A stretch of 40,073 nt of DNA from the NCBI GenBank assembly GCA_024641825.1, contig JAHECI010000005.1, forward strand, positions 1-40,073. Direction: 5' to 3'. Below the pieces are notes generated by a model, which did no database searches, was not told the DNA's origin, and worked only from the letters and a program-made list of their open reading frames with translations. The stretch comes from Desulfobacterales bacterium (GTDB lineage Bacteria; Desulfobacterota; Desulfobacteria; Desulfobacterales; UBA11574). This document shows, piece after piece, positions 28,085 through 38,120 of this stretch; within the stretch, counting starts at the first letter, position 1; every line of letters begins with the position of its first letter. The position numbers and the translations under genes were made by a program.

Positions 28085-29018
28085 CCATATTTTAGTTGCC
28101 ACTCACATGAATCCAGACGGCGATGCCATCGGATCTCTCATGGCCATGGGGCTTTCTCTGAACGCACTGGACAAAAAAACAACCTTATACTGTGAAAGTC
28201 CCATACCGGCGGTGTACCGTTTTCTTCCGGAAGTTCATCGTGTCGAACATCACATAAACATCGCTGATTACGACCTGGCCGTTATCCTTGATTGCGGGAA
28301 CCTGCAACGGATCGGAACGGTTGCTTCGGCGGTCAGCGGAATACCGGTCATTGCCAACATCGACCACCATATCACAAACACCGGTTTCGGCCATCTTCAA
28401 CTCATCGACACATCTGCATGTGCCACGGCGGAAATTATATACAAACTGATAAAACAAATGGACATCCCCATTGATAGCGCCATCGCCACTTCAATATATA
28501 CCGGCATTCTTGCGGACACCGGTTCATTTCGGTTTTCCAATACCAACAGGGCGGCCTTTGCAATCAGCCAAGAAATGGTGGAATTTGGCGTCGATCCGTA
28601 CGACATCGCCCAGCATGTATACGGAACATATTCACTGAGTCGCATAAAACTTTTGAATCTGGCCCTTGACTCCATTGAAATTTCAAAAAATGGGAAGCTG
28701 TCCATCATGACACTGACCAAAGACATGTTTGATCAAACCCATACGCAGCCGGAAGACGTGGACGGTCTTATTAATTATGCAAAACGTATCAAGGATGTTA
28801 AAATCGCGGCACTCATACAGGAGAACCAGAACGGCATAGAGAACTCAGAAAATTCCAATCGGTTTCATGTCAGCCTCCGTTCCGATGGAACCATCGATGT
28901 TGCGGTTATCGCATCTTCGTTCGGCGGGGGCGGCCATTCCACTGCTGCCGGGTTTAGCATTGAATCGACACTTTCCGATATTAAATCACAAATTACACGT
29001 TTGGCGGATGAAATATGA
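28035..29018 (+). CDS. nrnA: DHH/DHHA1 phosphoesterase (NrnA-like oligoribonuclease/pAp phosphatase)
   Basis: HMNPDGDAIGS, IDHH, DTGSFRF, VSLRS and GGGGH motifs. Confidence 0.9.
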   Translation: MSKRMMDLIIRHLKKSSHILVATHMNPDGDAIGSLMAMGLSLNALDKKTTLYCESPIPAVYRFLPEVHRVEHHINIADYDLAVILDCGNLQRIGTVASAVSGIPVIANIDHHITNTGFGHLQLIDTSACATAEIIYKLIKQMDIPIDSAIATSIYTGILADTGSFRFSNTNRAAFAISQEMVEFGVDPYDIAQHVYGTYSLSRIKLLNLALDSIEISKNGKLSIMTLTKDMFDQTHTQPEDVDGLINYAKRIKDVKIAALIQENQNGIENSENSNRFHVSLRSDGTIDVAVIASSFGGGGHSTAAGFSIESTLSDIKSQITRLADEI

Positions 29019-29188
29019 TTTAACACCCGAGCAAACCATCGAGGAAGGTTCTTTTAATTGTACCATCGCTTCGCGTCGCAATAGGACGGTCCGGTTAAAA
29101 CGGGCTTTAAAAAAGGAAATTTTTATATTATTAAATTAAATGTCACGCGGGTTTCCGCCCGTATTTCTTGCGGGCTTGGGTTGGAGAT

Positions 29189-30103
29189 ATGCACCGAGAA
29201 TTAAGCGGGGTTTTGGTTGTCGATAAACCTGCAGATATGACCTCCGCTAAAGTTGTGGCCCGTGTCAAGAAGTTGCTCGGCGCAAAAAAAGCAGGACACA
29301 CCGGGACACTCGACCCTTTTGCCACCGGTGTTCTGGTGTGTTGTATCAACCGTGCCACAAAGCTTTCGAGTTTTTTTCTGCACGGCAAAAAGAAATACGA
29401 GGGGGTTCTTCACCTCGGCATTGAAACCGATACACAGGATTCCACCGGAAATATTACGGCCACCTGTGATGATATTAATTTATCTGGAAAAACAATACGG
29501 TCGGCATTTGAGCGGTTTGAGGGGACCATAGAACAATTTCCGCCGGTTTATTCGGCCCTAAAATTTAAAGGAACTCCGCTCTACAAGCTTGCCCGCAGCA
29601 ACAGGCCTGTACAGAAACCGGCAAGACGTGTTTCGATACGATACATTAAAATACTTGAAATTAAGGTGCCGCTCATCCGTTTCGAGGTCGCCTGCTCTGC
29701 CGGGACGTATATTAGAACACTCTGTGCAGACATCGGCACATCGCTTGGATGCGGGGGCCACCTTAAAGAATTAAGGCGGATCGAAAGCAGCGGATTTACC
29801 CTTTCGGAGGCGGCAACGTTACAAGAACTCGAGGATCTGGCCGTATCCGGGAAATTATTCGACCGGATCATACGGATGTCAAACGCGCTGAAGGGCATGC
29901 CGGCACATATTGCCGACACGGTTTTAGAAAAAAAAATAATGCACGGCAACATTCTGATGAAAAATGATTTTAGACATGAAACCTCCGATATTCCGGAAAG
30001 TTTTATCAAGGTCCTCGATACGAACAATGACCTTATTGCCGTATTGAAGGTTACGAAAGGTAAGAACAGATACACGTATTGCTGCGTACTCAACGCCAAG
30101 TGA
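29189..30103 (+). CDS. truB: tRNA pseudouridine(55) synthase
   Basis: GVLVVDKP, KAGHTGTLDPFATGVL, PP.YSALK and CSAGTYIRTL; ATG 29189 has a GGAG RBS. Confidence 0.97.
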   Translation: MHRELSGVLVVDKPADMTSAKVVARVKKLLGAKKAGHTGTLDPFATGVLVCCINRATKLSSFFLHGKKKYEGVLHLGIETDTQDSTGNITATCDDINLSGKTIRSAFERFEGTIEQFPPVYSALKFKGTPLYKLARSNRPVQKPARRVSIRYIKILEIKVPLIRFEVACSAGTYIRTLCADIGTSLGCGGHLKELRRIESSGFTLSEAATLQELEDLAVSGKLFDRIIRMSNALKGMPAHIADTVLEKKIMHGNILMKNDFRHETSDIPESFIKVLDTNNDLIAVLKVTKGKNRYTYCCVLNAK

Positions 30104-30154
30104 GCGAAAACAAAGTTAAAAAAACCATAACTATAAAAGAGGAGGCAAAATAAA

Positions 30155-30424
30155 TTGGTTTTGACATCAAAAGAGAAAAAGGATTTGATTGAGCAGTTCA
30201 AACTTCACGAAGATGATACCGGATCCCCAGAAGTACAGGTCGGGCTGCTGACCCATCGGATTACTTACCTTACAGAGCACTTAAAGGTTCACAAAAAAGA
30301 TCACCACTCCCGGAGGGGGCTTTTGATTCTCGTCGGCAGAAGACGCAGACTCTTAAACTACGTCAAAAACAAAGATGTAAAACGATACCGTACCATCATC
30401 GAAAACCTGGGGATAAGAAGATAA
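30155..30424 (+). CDS. rpsO: 30S ribosomal protein S15 (TTG start)
   Basis: DTGSPEVQV...[12 protein letters not shown]; GAGGAGG RBS. Confidence 0.98.
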   Translation: MVLTSKEKKDLIEQFKLHEDDTGSPEVQVGLLTHRITYLTEHLKVHKKDHHSRRGLLILVGRRRRLLNYVKNKDVKRYRTIIENLGIRR

Positions 30425-30641
30425 ATCATATTATATGCCGGAATATCTCAACAGCAGTCGACAAACGGTTCAGGTTGGCAGATTCCTGTATTTTCAAACA
30501 AGCACAAGATCGTATCAAAGAACTTTGCCGTGATAACGGCACAAGTTCTATTAACCCTGCCATCGGCAATCGAAGGAACGAATTTTTTTCGTGAAGCATT
30601 TTACGATGCCCTGGAAATGAACACGTAGAACTCATGAGAAA

Positions 30642-30702
30642 TCCGTGCTAAAATTTTGCAGTCTTTTCCTCCAGAAAGAAAAGGCTCGAGTTGCTGTACG
30701 GG
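30642..30702 (+). promoter_or_regulatory. Long imperfect stem in the pnp leader
   Basis: TCCGTGC...AGTCTTTTC / GAAAAGGCT...GTACGGG pairing; position matches the RNase III-processed pnp leaders known in other bacteria. Confidence 0.35.
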
Positions 30703-30739
30703 AACAGATTTGAAGCTGTTTGGCTTTTAGGAGACATAT

Positions 30740-32833
30740 ATGGAAACTTTATTAAAAACAGAAATCGGAGGCAAAACTCTGAGTATCGAGACCGGCAAAC
30801 TTGCTAAACAGGCTTCGGGATCGGTGGTGGTTCAATACGGAGATACCATGGTCCTTGTGGCCGCCGTATCTTCTTATGAAGAACGGCCGTCGAGTTTTTT
30901 ACCCCTTACCGTCGAGTATCAGGAAAAGGGGTATGCGGCAGGCCGTATTCCCGGGAATTATTTCAGGCGTGAAATCGGCAGACCCAGTGAAAAAGAGACC
31001 CTCACCGCCCGTCTCATCGACCGGCCCATCCGGCCGCTCTTCCCCAAAAACTATCGCAGTGAAACTCAAATTATTGCAACGGTCCTGTCCATGGACAAGG
31101 AAAACGATCCCGACATTCTGGCAATGATCGGCGCGTCTACCGCCCTTGAGATATCAGACATTCCCTTTGCAGGACCGATTGCATGTGTACGGGTCGGTCG
31201 GATCGACGGTCAATTGATCATCAACCCCACCGTCGACCAATACGAAGGCTCTGACATCAACATCATCGTTGCCGGCTCAAAAAGCGGTGTCGTAATGGTG
31301 GAAGGCGGTGGAGATATTGTGAGTGAGGCAGACATGCTGGAAGCCATCTTTTTCGGCCACCAGGCCATGCAGCCGATTATAGATATGCAGGTGAAACTCA
31401 AGGAGACCCACGGGGTGCCGAAACGGCCCTTTACCCCGCCTGAAAAAGATGCGGAACTTGTCAAAATAGTTGAGGAAAAAGGATCTTCAAGGATATATGA
31501 AGCCCTGACGACATCCGGTAAAGTCAACCGCAATGCGGCCCTTCGCACCGCAAAATCGGATATATTCGAAGCGTTGGGAGAAGCGGTCACGGATCGAAAA
31601 GACGAAGTAGATGACATATTGAACGACATCCTTAAAAAATGCAGCAGGGACATTGTCCTTAAAGAAAGACGCCGTATCGATGACCGAAAATTCGATGAAA
31701 TACGACCCATTGACTGTGAAGTCGGCATATTAAACAGGCCCCACGGGAGCGCTCTCTTTACCCGGGGAGAAACCCAGGTGCTCAGCGTGCTGACCCTTGG
31801 ATCGGGTCAGGACGAGCAGCGGGTGGAAACCTTAATCGGAGAAGAACTCAGGCCGTTTATGCTCCATTACAACTTCCCGCCATATTCGGTTGGAGAAGTG
31901 AGGCGCATCGGGGGACCGAGCCGAAGAGATATCGGCCATGGCGGACTGTCCACTCGGGCTATAGAAAAAGTACTGCCGGACAAGGAAGATTTCGATTATA
32001 CCATCCGCCTCGTCTCGGAGGTTCTGGAATCCAACGGCTCTTCGTCTATGGGGACCGTATGTTCGGGCATCATGGCGCTCATGGACGGCGGTGTTCCCAT
32101 CAAGGCACCGGTATCCGGCATTGCAATGGGACTCGTAAAGGAAGGCGACGATATCGTTATCCTGTCCGACATTCTTGGAGATGAAGATCACTCCGGTGAT
32201 ATGGATTTTAAAGTTGCCGGCACCAGCGAAGGCATCACTGCGCTCCAGATGGACATTAAAATCCATGAACTCACCAGAGATATCATGGAAAAAGCGCTGC
32301 AACAGGCCCGTGAGGGGCGGCTTTTTATCCTTAAAAAAATGATCGACGCCATCAAGGTCCCTCGGGAGGAAATTTCTCCGTTTGCGCCTAAAATAGTTAC
32401 CATTAAAATTAATCCCGATAAGATTCGCGAAATCATCGGACCGGGTGGTAAAATCATCAGAGCCATTCAAGCGGAAACCAATACAAAAATTGAAATCGAT
32501 GATTCGGGCCTGGTCAAAATTGCCGCGCTATCCCAAGAAGAAGGGGACGCCGCTTTAAAGATGGTCAATGAAATCATCGTTGAGCCCGAAGTCGGAAAGA
32601 TTTACGACGGCACCGTTGTAAAAATCATGGACTTTGGGGCCTTTGTCCAGATACTTCCCAACGTTGACGGTCTTGTACATATCTCACAACTTGCCGAGCA
32701 CCGCGTAAACAAGGTGACGGATATCGTTAAGGAGGGAGACCAAATTAAAGTCAAGGTTCTCGAGATCAGCAGAGATGGAAAAATCCGCTTGAGTTACAAA
32801 GCCGTTCTGGAAGAAGAAAAACAGGCCAAATAA
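30740..32833 (+). CDS. pnp: Polyribonucleotide nucleotidyltransferase (PNPase)
   Basis: [41 protein letters not shown]; KH and S1 domains. Confidence 0.99.
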   Translation: METLLKTEIGGKTLSIETGKLAKQASGSVVVQYGDTMVLVAAVSSYEERPSSFLPLTVEYQEKGYAAGRIPGNYFRREIGRPSEKETLTARLIDRPIRPLFPKNYRSETQIIATVLSMDKENDPDILAMIGASTALEISDIPFAGPIACVRVGRIDGQLIINPTVDQYEGSDINIIVAGSKSGVVMVEGGGDIVSEADMLEAIFFGHQAMQPIIDMQVKLKETHGVPKRPFTPPEKDAELVKIVEEKGSSRIYEALTTSGKVNRNAALRTAKSDIFEALGEAVTDRKDEVDDILNDILKKCSRDIVLKERRRIDDRKFDEIRPIDCEVGILNRPHGSALFTRGETQVLSVLTLGSGQDEQRVETLIGEELRPFMLHYNFPPYSVGEVRRIGGPSRRDIGHGGLSTRAIEKVLPDKEDFDYTIRLVSEVLESNGSSSMGTVCSGIMALMDGGVPIKAPVSGIAMGLVKEGDDIVILSDILGDEDHSGDMDFKVAGTSEGITALQMDIKIHELTRDIMEKALQQAREGRLFILKKMIDAIKVPREEISPFAPKIVTIKINPDKIREIIGPGGKIIRAIQAETNTKIEIDDSGLVKIAALSQEEGDAALKMVNEIIVEPEVGKIYDGTVVKIMDFGAFVQILPNVDGLVHISQLAEHRVNKVTDIVKEGDQIKVKVLEISRDGKIRLSYKAVLEEEKQAK

Positions 32834-32834
32834 A

Positions 32835-34100
32835 ATGCGTCGTGAAGTTCATAAAACCATCCTCGATAACGGCATCAAAATTGTAACCCAAAACATGCCC
32901 CATTTTCATTCGGTATCCATGGGCGTGTGGGTGAATGTCGGTGCCCGTGAAGAATCGCCTGAAGAAAGCGGTCTTTCCCATTTTATCGAACATATGATTT
33001 TTAAAGGGACCCAACGAAGAACGGCCTATCAGATTGCCAAAGAGTTTGATTCCATCGGAGGTCAGACCAACGCTTTTACCAGTGCTGAAAATACCTGCTA
33101 CCATGCAAAAGTCATGGACACGCATCTGGAAATCATGGTGGACATCCTTTCGGATATCTTTTTAAACTCTGTGTTCAATGAAAAAGAGTTCGAAAATGAG
33201 CGAGCGGTTATTCTTCAGGAAATCGGAATGATGGAAGACAGCCCGGATGACTACATTCACTTTCTTTCCGGAAGTAATTTCTGGGGTGAAAATTCATTGG
33301 GCCGCTCGGTTCTCGGCAGTCGTGAAAACATCAGAAACTTTGATGCAAATTCCCTTAAAGGATTTTTCCAACGCTTCTATCAGCCTGAACGCATTATCAT
33401 TTCCGCTGCAGGAAATCTGGAACACAACCACTTGGTCGATATTGTCGGACCGGTGTTTGAATCGATTCGTCCAGGCAATGGTTTCCCCGATCGAATGACA
33501 TCTGACGGATGCTCCCAGGTCAATGTGCATTACAAAGATCTGGAACAGGTTCATATCTGTTTGGGAACCAAAGGGATGTCCATAACCGATCCGCGGAAAT
33601 ATGAATATTCCCTTTTGAACACCATCCTGGGCGGGAACATGAGTTCCAGGCTGTTCCAGGAAATCCGGGAGCAAAGAGGATTGGCTTACGCGGTTTACTC
33701 TTTTATATCATCTTATGTGGATACCGGCATGTTCGGGGTCTATGCAGGCGTCAATCCCGACAATGCGTTTAAATCCGTGGAACTGATTCTGAATGAACTC
33801 TTAAAGATTAAAAAAGTGCGAATCGATCCGGACGAGCTGCGGTATGCAAAGGAATTCACAAAGGGCAACCTCATGCTTGCATCGGAAAGTAACGACAATC
33901 AGATGGTTCGAATGGCACAGAATGAGACGCACTACGGACGTTATATCCCTCTGGAAGACGTTGTAAATAACATCGAAGCGGTGACCGAAAATGACATCCG
34001 AAATCTGGCTGAAAGCCTTTTTTCGCCCCATCGATTTGCACTGACCCTGCTGGGACCCGTAACCGATAAAACCGTATTCGATGATATGCCGGCTCTCTGA
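32835..34100 (+). CDS. M16-family zinc peptidase (pitrilysin-like)
   Basis: SHFIEHMIFKGT (HxxEH) and GGNMSSRLFQEIRE.RGLAY. Confidence 0.95.
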   Translation: MRREVHKTILDNGIKIVTQNMPHFHSVSMGVWVNVGAREESPEESGLSHFIEHMIFKGTQRRTAYQIAKEFDSIGGQTNAFTSAENTCYHAKVMDTHLEIMVDILSDIFLNSVFNEKEFENERAVILQEIGMMEDSPDDYIHFLSGSNFWGENSLGRSVLGSRENIRNFDANSLKGFFQRFYQPERIIISAAGNLEHNHLVDIVGPVFESIRPGNGFPDRMTSDGCSQVNVHYKDLEQVHICLGTKGMSITDPRKYEYSLLNTILGGNMSSRLFQEIREQRGLAYAVYSFISSYVDTGMFGVYAGVNPDNAFKSVELILNELLKIKKVRIDPDELRYAKEFTKGNLMLASESNDNQMVRMAQNETHYGRYIPLEDVVNNIEAVTENDIRNLAESLFSPHRFALTLLGPVTDKTVFDDMPAL

Positions 34101-34103
34101 ATT

Positions 34104-34562
34104 ATGAACGCGTCTCCTGTCATCAAATTCCTCCGTTTAAGACCTGACTCGGATGCAGATATGCCCCTGCCCTGCTACATGACGCCCAGGGCCGCCGGGA
34201 TGGACATATGTGCTGCAATAGAATCCGATTTCATACTCGAAAAAAGGGCGGTTGCTTTGATACCCACCGGTTTCGCCGTTGCCATTCCAGAAGGGTTTGA
34301 AATCCAGATCCGTCCCCGGAGCGGACTGGCGATAAATCACGGAATATCGATCATTAATTCCCCCGGAACCATAGATGCCGACTATCGCGGAGAGATAAAG
34401 ATTGGGGTGATAAATCTTGGAAACAAAGCCTATGTGATTCACCGGGGGGACCGCATCGCCCAGATGGTGGTTAAAAGGGTTTATCAGGCACACTTAGAGG
34501 TTGTGGAACAACTCGATGAAACCGACAGAAATACCGGCGGGTTCGGGCATACCGGGCGTTAA
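34104..34562 (+). CDS. dut: dUTP diphosphatase
   Basis: AAGMDI, RPRSGLA, GTIDADYRGEI, RIAQ and RNTGGFGHTG. Confidence 0.97.
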   Translation: MNASPVIKFLRLRPDSDADMPLPCYMTPRAAGMDICAAIESDFILEKRAVALIPTGFAVAIPEGFEIQIRPRSGLAINHGISIINSPGTIDADYRGEIKIGVINLGNKAYVIHRGDRIAQMVVKRVYQAHLEVVEQLDETDRNTGGFGHTGR

Positions 34563-34563
34563 C

Positions 34564-35382
34564 ATGAAAGGATCGCCATGCTCGGAATCCTCTCTTGCAG
34601 CGTCTGACTTCAACCTTGCCGTGTGCATACTGGCCAGCGGAAGCAAGGGGAACGCCATTTTTGTGTCCAGCGGTTCCACCTCCATACTGATCGATGCCGG
34701 CCTTTCAGGAATCGAAATCGAACGCCGGTTAAAGTCCAGAGGACTTTCCCCCAAGGATCTCGATGCCATTCTCGTATCCCATGAACATACGGACCATATC
34801 CAGGGTGTCGGCGTTCTTTCCCGCCGTTTCAACCTGCCGGTTTATATGAATTCAAAAACAGAGGGGATTGCCTTTCCACAGATCGGAAAGGTCCGTAACG
34901 TCAAAAACTTCGCGTGTGGTTCGACCTTTCGAATCGGCGATCTGGCAATACATCCCTTTTCCATATCCCACGATGCAGAAGATCCGGCGGGGTTTACCGT
35001 CAATCGGAACGGAGCCACCATCGGCATCGCCACCGACCTCGGCATCGCCACCGCTATGGTCAAAGAACATCTTAAAGGGTGCGGCCTATTGATCCTTGAA
35101 GCCAACCATGACGAAGAGATGCTCATCAACGGCCCCTATCCGTGGTCGGTCAAACAGCGGGTAAAAAGCAGAACCGGCCACCTGTCCAACGCGGCATCGA
35201 AAACCCTCCTCAGCGAGATCCAACACGACCGCTTGAAGCATGTCATTCTGGCCCACCTCAGCGAAACCAACAATACACCCCAGAAAGCCTTAAATGAAGT
35301 CGGTCAGGCCCTGACCCGCAGTAAAGCGCGCCTGGATGTTGCCGTCCAGCATGAATGCGGAGCGCTCCTAAGACTTAAATAA
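34564..35382 (+). CDS. MBL-fold metallo-hydrolase (YycJ/WalJ-like)
   Basis: LASGSKGN, LIDAG, SHEHTDH, SHDA.DP, EANHD, GHLSN and AHLSETNN. Start placed at ATG 34564. Confidence 0.9.
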   Translation: MKGSPCSESSLAASDFNLAVCILASGSKGNAIFVSSGSTSILIDAGLSGIEIERRLKSRGLSPKDLDAILVSHEHTDHIQGVGVLSRRFNLPVYMNSKTEGIAFPQIGKVRNVKNFACGSTFRIGDLAIHPFSISHDAEDPAGFTVNRNGATIGIATDLGIATAMVKEHLKGCGLLILEANHDEEMLINGPYPWSVKQRVKSRTGHLSNAASKTLLSEIQHDRLKHVILAHLSETNNTPQKALNEVGQALTRSKARLDVAVQHECGALLRLK

Positions 35383-35383
35383 T

Positions 35384-35663
35384 TGAGGGGTCAGGGAGTT
35401 TTTATTCTAACTCCTTGAGTACCAGCGGAATGGATGATCTTTTTTTAAATCGGATGCTGTTTGAGTGGCTTAGGGATCGTTAGAAAGAACAGGCGCATGT
35501 AGAAATCTATCTATAAAGAAATATTAAAGTTATGCAATTAACCTATTGATATTTCAAGGATAATTTCCTGTTCTTTCTCTAGGATCCCTTGCCGCGAGTT
35601 CATGCGGTTTAAAAAAAGATTATTCATCGAGCGACTTTATTTAAAAAACACCCCGACCCTTCA
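35384..35663. mobile_element. MITE-like element, family A, copy 2, interrupted by a nested insertion
   Basis: Collinear with 12688-12818 apart from the insert; flanked by AATAAT direct repeats (35378-35383, 35664-35669), the left one overlapping the MBL-gene stop codon. Confidence 0.85.
35458..35601. mobile_element. 144-bp element nested in family-A copy 2
   Basis: Absent from copy 1; bounded by ATGC direct repeats; subterminal inverted repeats GGCTTAGGGATCGTTAGAAAGAACAGG / CCTGTTCTTTCTCTAGGATCCCTTGCC. Confidence 0.75.
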
Positions 35664-35706
35664 AATAATTGAGGGGTCGCGGTTTTTCCGTTTCCCCTCG
35701 CTTCGC

Positions 35707-36021
35707 TTATGACCTGGACAGTTTGATGGACACGTCGGCAGGAACTGCCAACTTGGCTTCCACTTCGACGGCTTTGATGATACCCACCGGGACAGGACAC
35801 GCCGCATGGGGGCAATGTTGCATGCTCAACTGGATCGTTTGAGGTATTGACTGGCGGAATGAGATTTCCTCAAACGGATTGACCTGCTTAAGATTTTGTG
35901 CCAACTTTTGAATGGACTCACAATCACTATTGATGACCAGGTTGCAGGCCTTACCGTTCATTTTCGCCTCAACCACGGTTGTGAAACCACAAATTCCCGA
36001 ATGTATTTCAGCTTTAGACAA
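35707..36021 (-). CDS. Small Cys-containing conserved protein (DUF6951-like), TTG start
   Basis: GICGF...SDC...CPHAACPVPVGIIKAVEVEA; AAGGAGG RBS. Confidence 0.7.
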   Translation of the reverse strand: MSKAEIHSGICGFTTVVEAKMNGKACNLVINSDCESIQKLAQNLKQVNPFEEISFRQSIPQTIQLSMQHCPHAACPVPVGIIKAVEVEAKLAVPADVSIKLSRS

Positions 36022-36206
36022 GACTTCCTCCTTAAGACAACGTGTCCGTATTTCATATTTGCGTTAAATTTCAATATCTAATTTTTGTAGAACATGACAT
36101 CTAATACGTCATCATCTGATTGGCAAGTTATTTTCGAAAACACTGCTTTTAAAACAAATCGTTATAATTTTTCGTTTGTGTCATCTCAGGATGTACCTCA
36201 TGATCA

Positions 36207-36278
36207 TCCTAACGATATCATCACCAGTGGGCATGGAGCGCCAGCGGAATGACCATCTGGTGGATGAAGTTATTAAGG
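36207..36278 (-). mobile_element. attC site (last in array; R'' degenerate)
   Basis: Minus strand CCTTAAT-AACTT-CATCCACC...GGTGATG-ATATC-GTTAGGA. L''/L' pair with one extra C. R'' has AAT instead of AAC. Confidence 0.75.
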
Positions 36279-36327
36279 CCAAGTTTTTCTCTCACAACCT
36301 CTCACGATCTACAAGCTCAAAGATGGC

Positions 36328-37461
36328 TTATTGTAAAATTTTAATTGTATCGGTTATATGCTTCAATATTTGTTTTTCTTTTTGAAAATGCTTTCCTTCA
36401 TCGGTGAGATTTAAGAGCAGAACTTTATACGGCTCGCCAGGTTTTGATAGTGAAACTGCGTAAATAGGTCCCTCTTGTGATTTTTCGATTTCTTTATCGC
36501 TTTCCTTTTCTTCTTGACCGTCCTCGTAAAGCGGCCAGGATTCTCTAACGACTGTCAGATAGATTTCAAGCGCCTTAAGATTATTAAGCGTCGTGAAGAT
36601 GTTCCTTTTGATAACATCGGTTGCGTACTGGGAACCGTTGGGACCGTCGGCAGAGAACATTATTTTCGCCATTCGTATTACGAAATCTTCAAAAGTCATT
36701 TTTTGCGGATTGAACTCTTGGTTTGGATATTGGGACATATCTTCGAAGTTGATCTCAATAAGCCAGCCAGTGCCGTTTCTTTTAAGTAAAAAGCCGCCCT
36801 TATTCATTTCATAATCGTTAGGATAAGCGAATTCGAAACAGTTCATAAAATCCCTGTAAGTTTTAAAGTCTGAAGGTACTTTTCCTTGCTCTTGTCTGAA
36901 CTCTACTTTCGTTCCGGTTGTGGGATCAAGCATAAGTATTTGATTTTCAACTGTTTCAGCCACAAGATAACCGGCCTCGTTAAATCCTTTCAAATTTCCC
37001 CATCGTAAGCCTAATTGCGTTTTTTCCAACGTTGAAAGATCGCTGATAATTTCACTTAACCCAAGATCTCCTATAGGTTTCCCATTTTTGAAGAAAGAAA
37101 AAATGATCTCTTCCTTGGTGTAGTTTGAGGGAAGTGCACCTTCTGCATAACTAGCGCCTATTATATGTTGTCCATCATTTGCCACCCAAACCTCCTCGAA
37201 ACATGCTTCTGTCGACCACATCGGATTTTTTTCTCTCCTTCCTACGTTTCCATGCCAGTTTACTTTGAAAACGAAAATGTTTTTGTCATCTGGGCAGACG
37301 ATTGCCGTGAATTTGTGATTTTTAGAGTGGAAGGTTTTCAATGGAAGTTTGCTTACGGGCACTTTAAAAGCGGGTTCAACAAGTGTTGGTTGGGCAAAGG
37401 CTAAAAGTGTTTGACCGATTATAAGAAAGCTTAATCCAATATTTCTGAGTTTTAGCTTCAT
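36328..37461 (-). CDS. Cassette-borne secreted hypothetical protein
   Basis: 377-aa ORF with an N-terminal signal peptide (..LLAFA|QP); AT-richer than host genes; bounded by attC sites. Confidence 0.8.
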   Translation of the reverse strand: MKLKLRNIGLSFLIIGQTLLAFAQPTLVEPAFKVPVSKLPLKTFHSKNHKFTAIVCPDDKNIFVFKVNWHGNVGRREKNPMWSTEACFEEVWVANDGQHIIGASYAEGALPSNYTKEEIIFSFFKNGKPIGDLGLSEIISDLSTLEKTQLGLRWGNLKGFNEAGYLVAETVENQILMLDPTTGTKVEFRQEQGKVPSDFKTYRDFMNCFEFAYPNDYEMNKGGFLLKRNGTGWLIEINFEDMSQYPNQEFNPQKMTFEDFVIRMAKIMFSADGPNGSQYATDVIKRNIFTTLNNLKALEIYLTVVRESWPLYEDGQEEKESDKEIEKSQEGPIYAVSLSKPGEPYKVLLLNLTDEGKHFQKEKQILKHITDTIKILQ

Positions 37462-37493
37462 ACTCTTAGCTTCCTCTATTTTTTCTCAAGTAT

Positions 37494-37557
37494 CCTTAAC
37501 ACCGCGGTTCACAGGCCGCGAGGTACGAGCGGTCCTTTGTGAAACCGAATGTTATGC
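37494..37557 (-). mobile_element. attC site
   Basis: Minus strand GCATAAC-ATTCG-GTTTCACA...TGTGAAC-CGCGGT-GTTAAGG: canonical 7-5-8...7-6-7 layout with one extra base in L''. Confidence 0.88.
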
Positions 37558-37576
37558 GAGTTTCTGTGATCTCTGA

Positions 37577-38026
37577 TTAAGACGAGTTTCGGCAAGCAAT
37601 AATATATCGATAGCCATACTCAATTACAGGTTCCCCTTTCTGATTTGTAACTTTGCATTTAATCCCTGCGAATCCTAAATCCGGTTTGCTTTTAGATCGT
37701 CTGAGATCGGTCCACCAAGCTTCGATAGAAAGGACGTCTTTTGGTCTTACTGGATTAAACATTTTGGCCTCATACATTCCAACCCCACTTAAAATTGCCA
37801 CGTCACCCTGCGCTTCTACAACATTACGAGTACAGGCGGAAATGGTGTGAAGCGATGAAGCGACAAGACCTCCGAAAATTGATTCCTTTGCTGCGATCTC
37901 ATCAGTATGAAATGGCTGTGGATCAAATCTTTTGGCGAATTCAATGATGTCCTTTTGGGTAAAAGCAAGCTTTTGGCAATGGAGATGCTCACCATCAGTA
38001 ATATCCTCAAAATATCTTTTTCCCAT
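37577..38026 (-). CDS. Cassette-borne MaoC-family (hotdog-fold) dehydratase
   Basis: YFED...IIEFAKRFDPQPFHTDE.AAKESIFGGLVAS..HT...F.NPVRP.D. Confidence 0.88.
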   Translation of the reverse strand: MGKRYFEDITDGEHLHCQKLAFTQKDIIEFAKRFDPQPFHTDEIAAKESIFGGLVASSLHTISACTRNVVEAQGDVAILSGVGMYEAKMFNPVRPKDVLSIEAWWTDLRRSKSKPDLGFAGIKCKVTNQKGEPVIEYGYRYIIACRNSS

Positions 38027-38050
38027 ACTTGCCTGCTCTTTACTCTTGGC

Positions 38051-38113
38051 GCATAACGTTGCTTTTCAGCGGCCGCGGCTTTTTTGCGATCCGCTGCAAA
38101 AGCCTTGTTGGGT
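38051..38113 (-). mobile_element. attC site
   Basis: Minus strand ACCCAAC-AAGGCT-TTTGCAGC...GCTGAAA-AGCAAC-GTTATGC; starts 7 nt after the stop codon of the upstream cassette gene. Confidence 0.88.
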
Positions 38114-38120
38114 GTTTTTA

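Noticed and set aside
30519-30549. Hairpin AGAACTTTGCCGT-GATA-ACGGCACAAGTTCT as the rpsO terminator
   Set aside because: The stem is real but has no U-tract and lies about 95 nt past the stop; its function cannot be assigned.
35670-36206. DUF6951-like gene as a fifth cassette
   Set aside because: No attC with the predicted R'' (TCCTAAC) follows its stop codon; the downstream hairpin resembles a MITE end instead.
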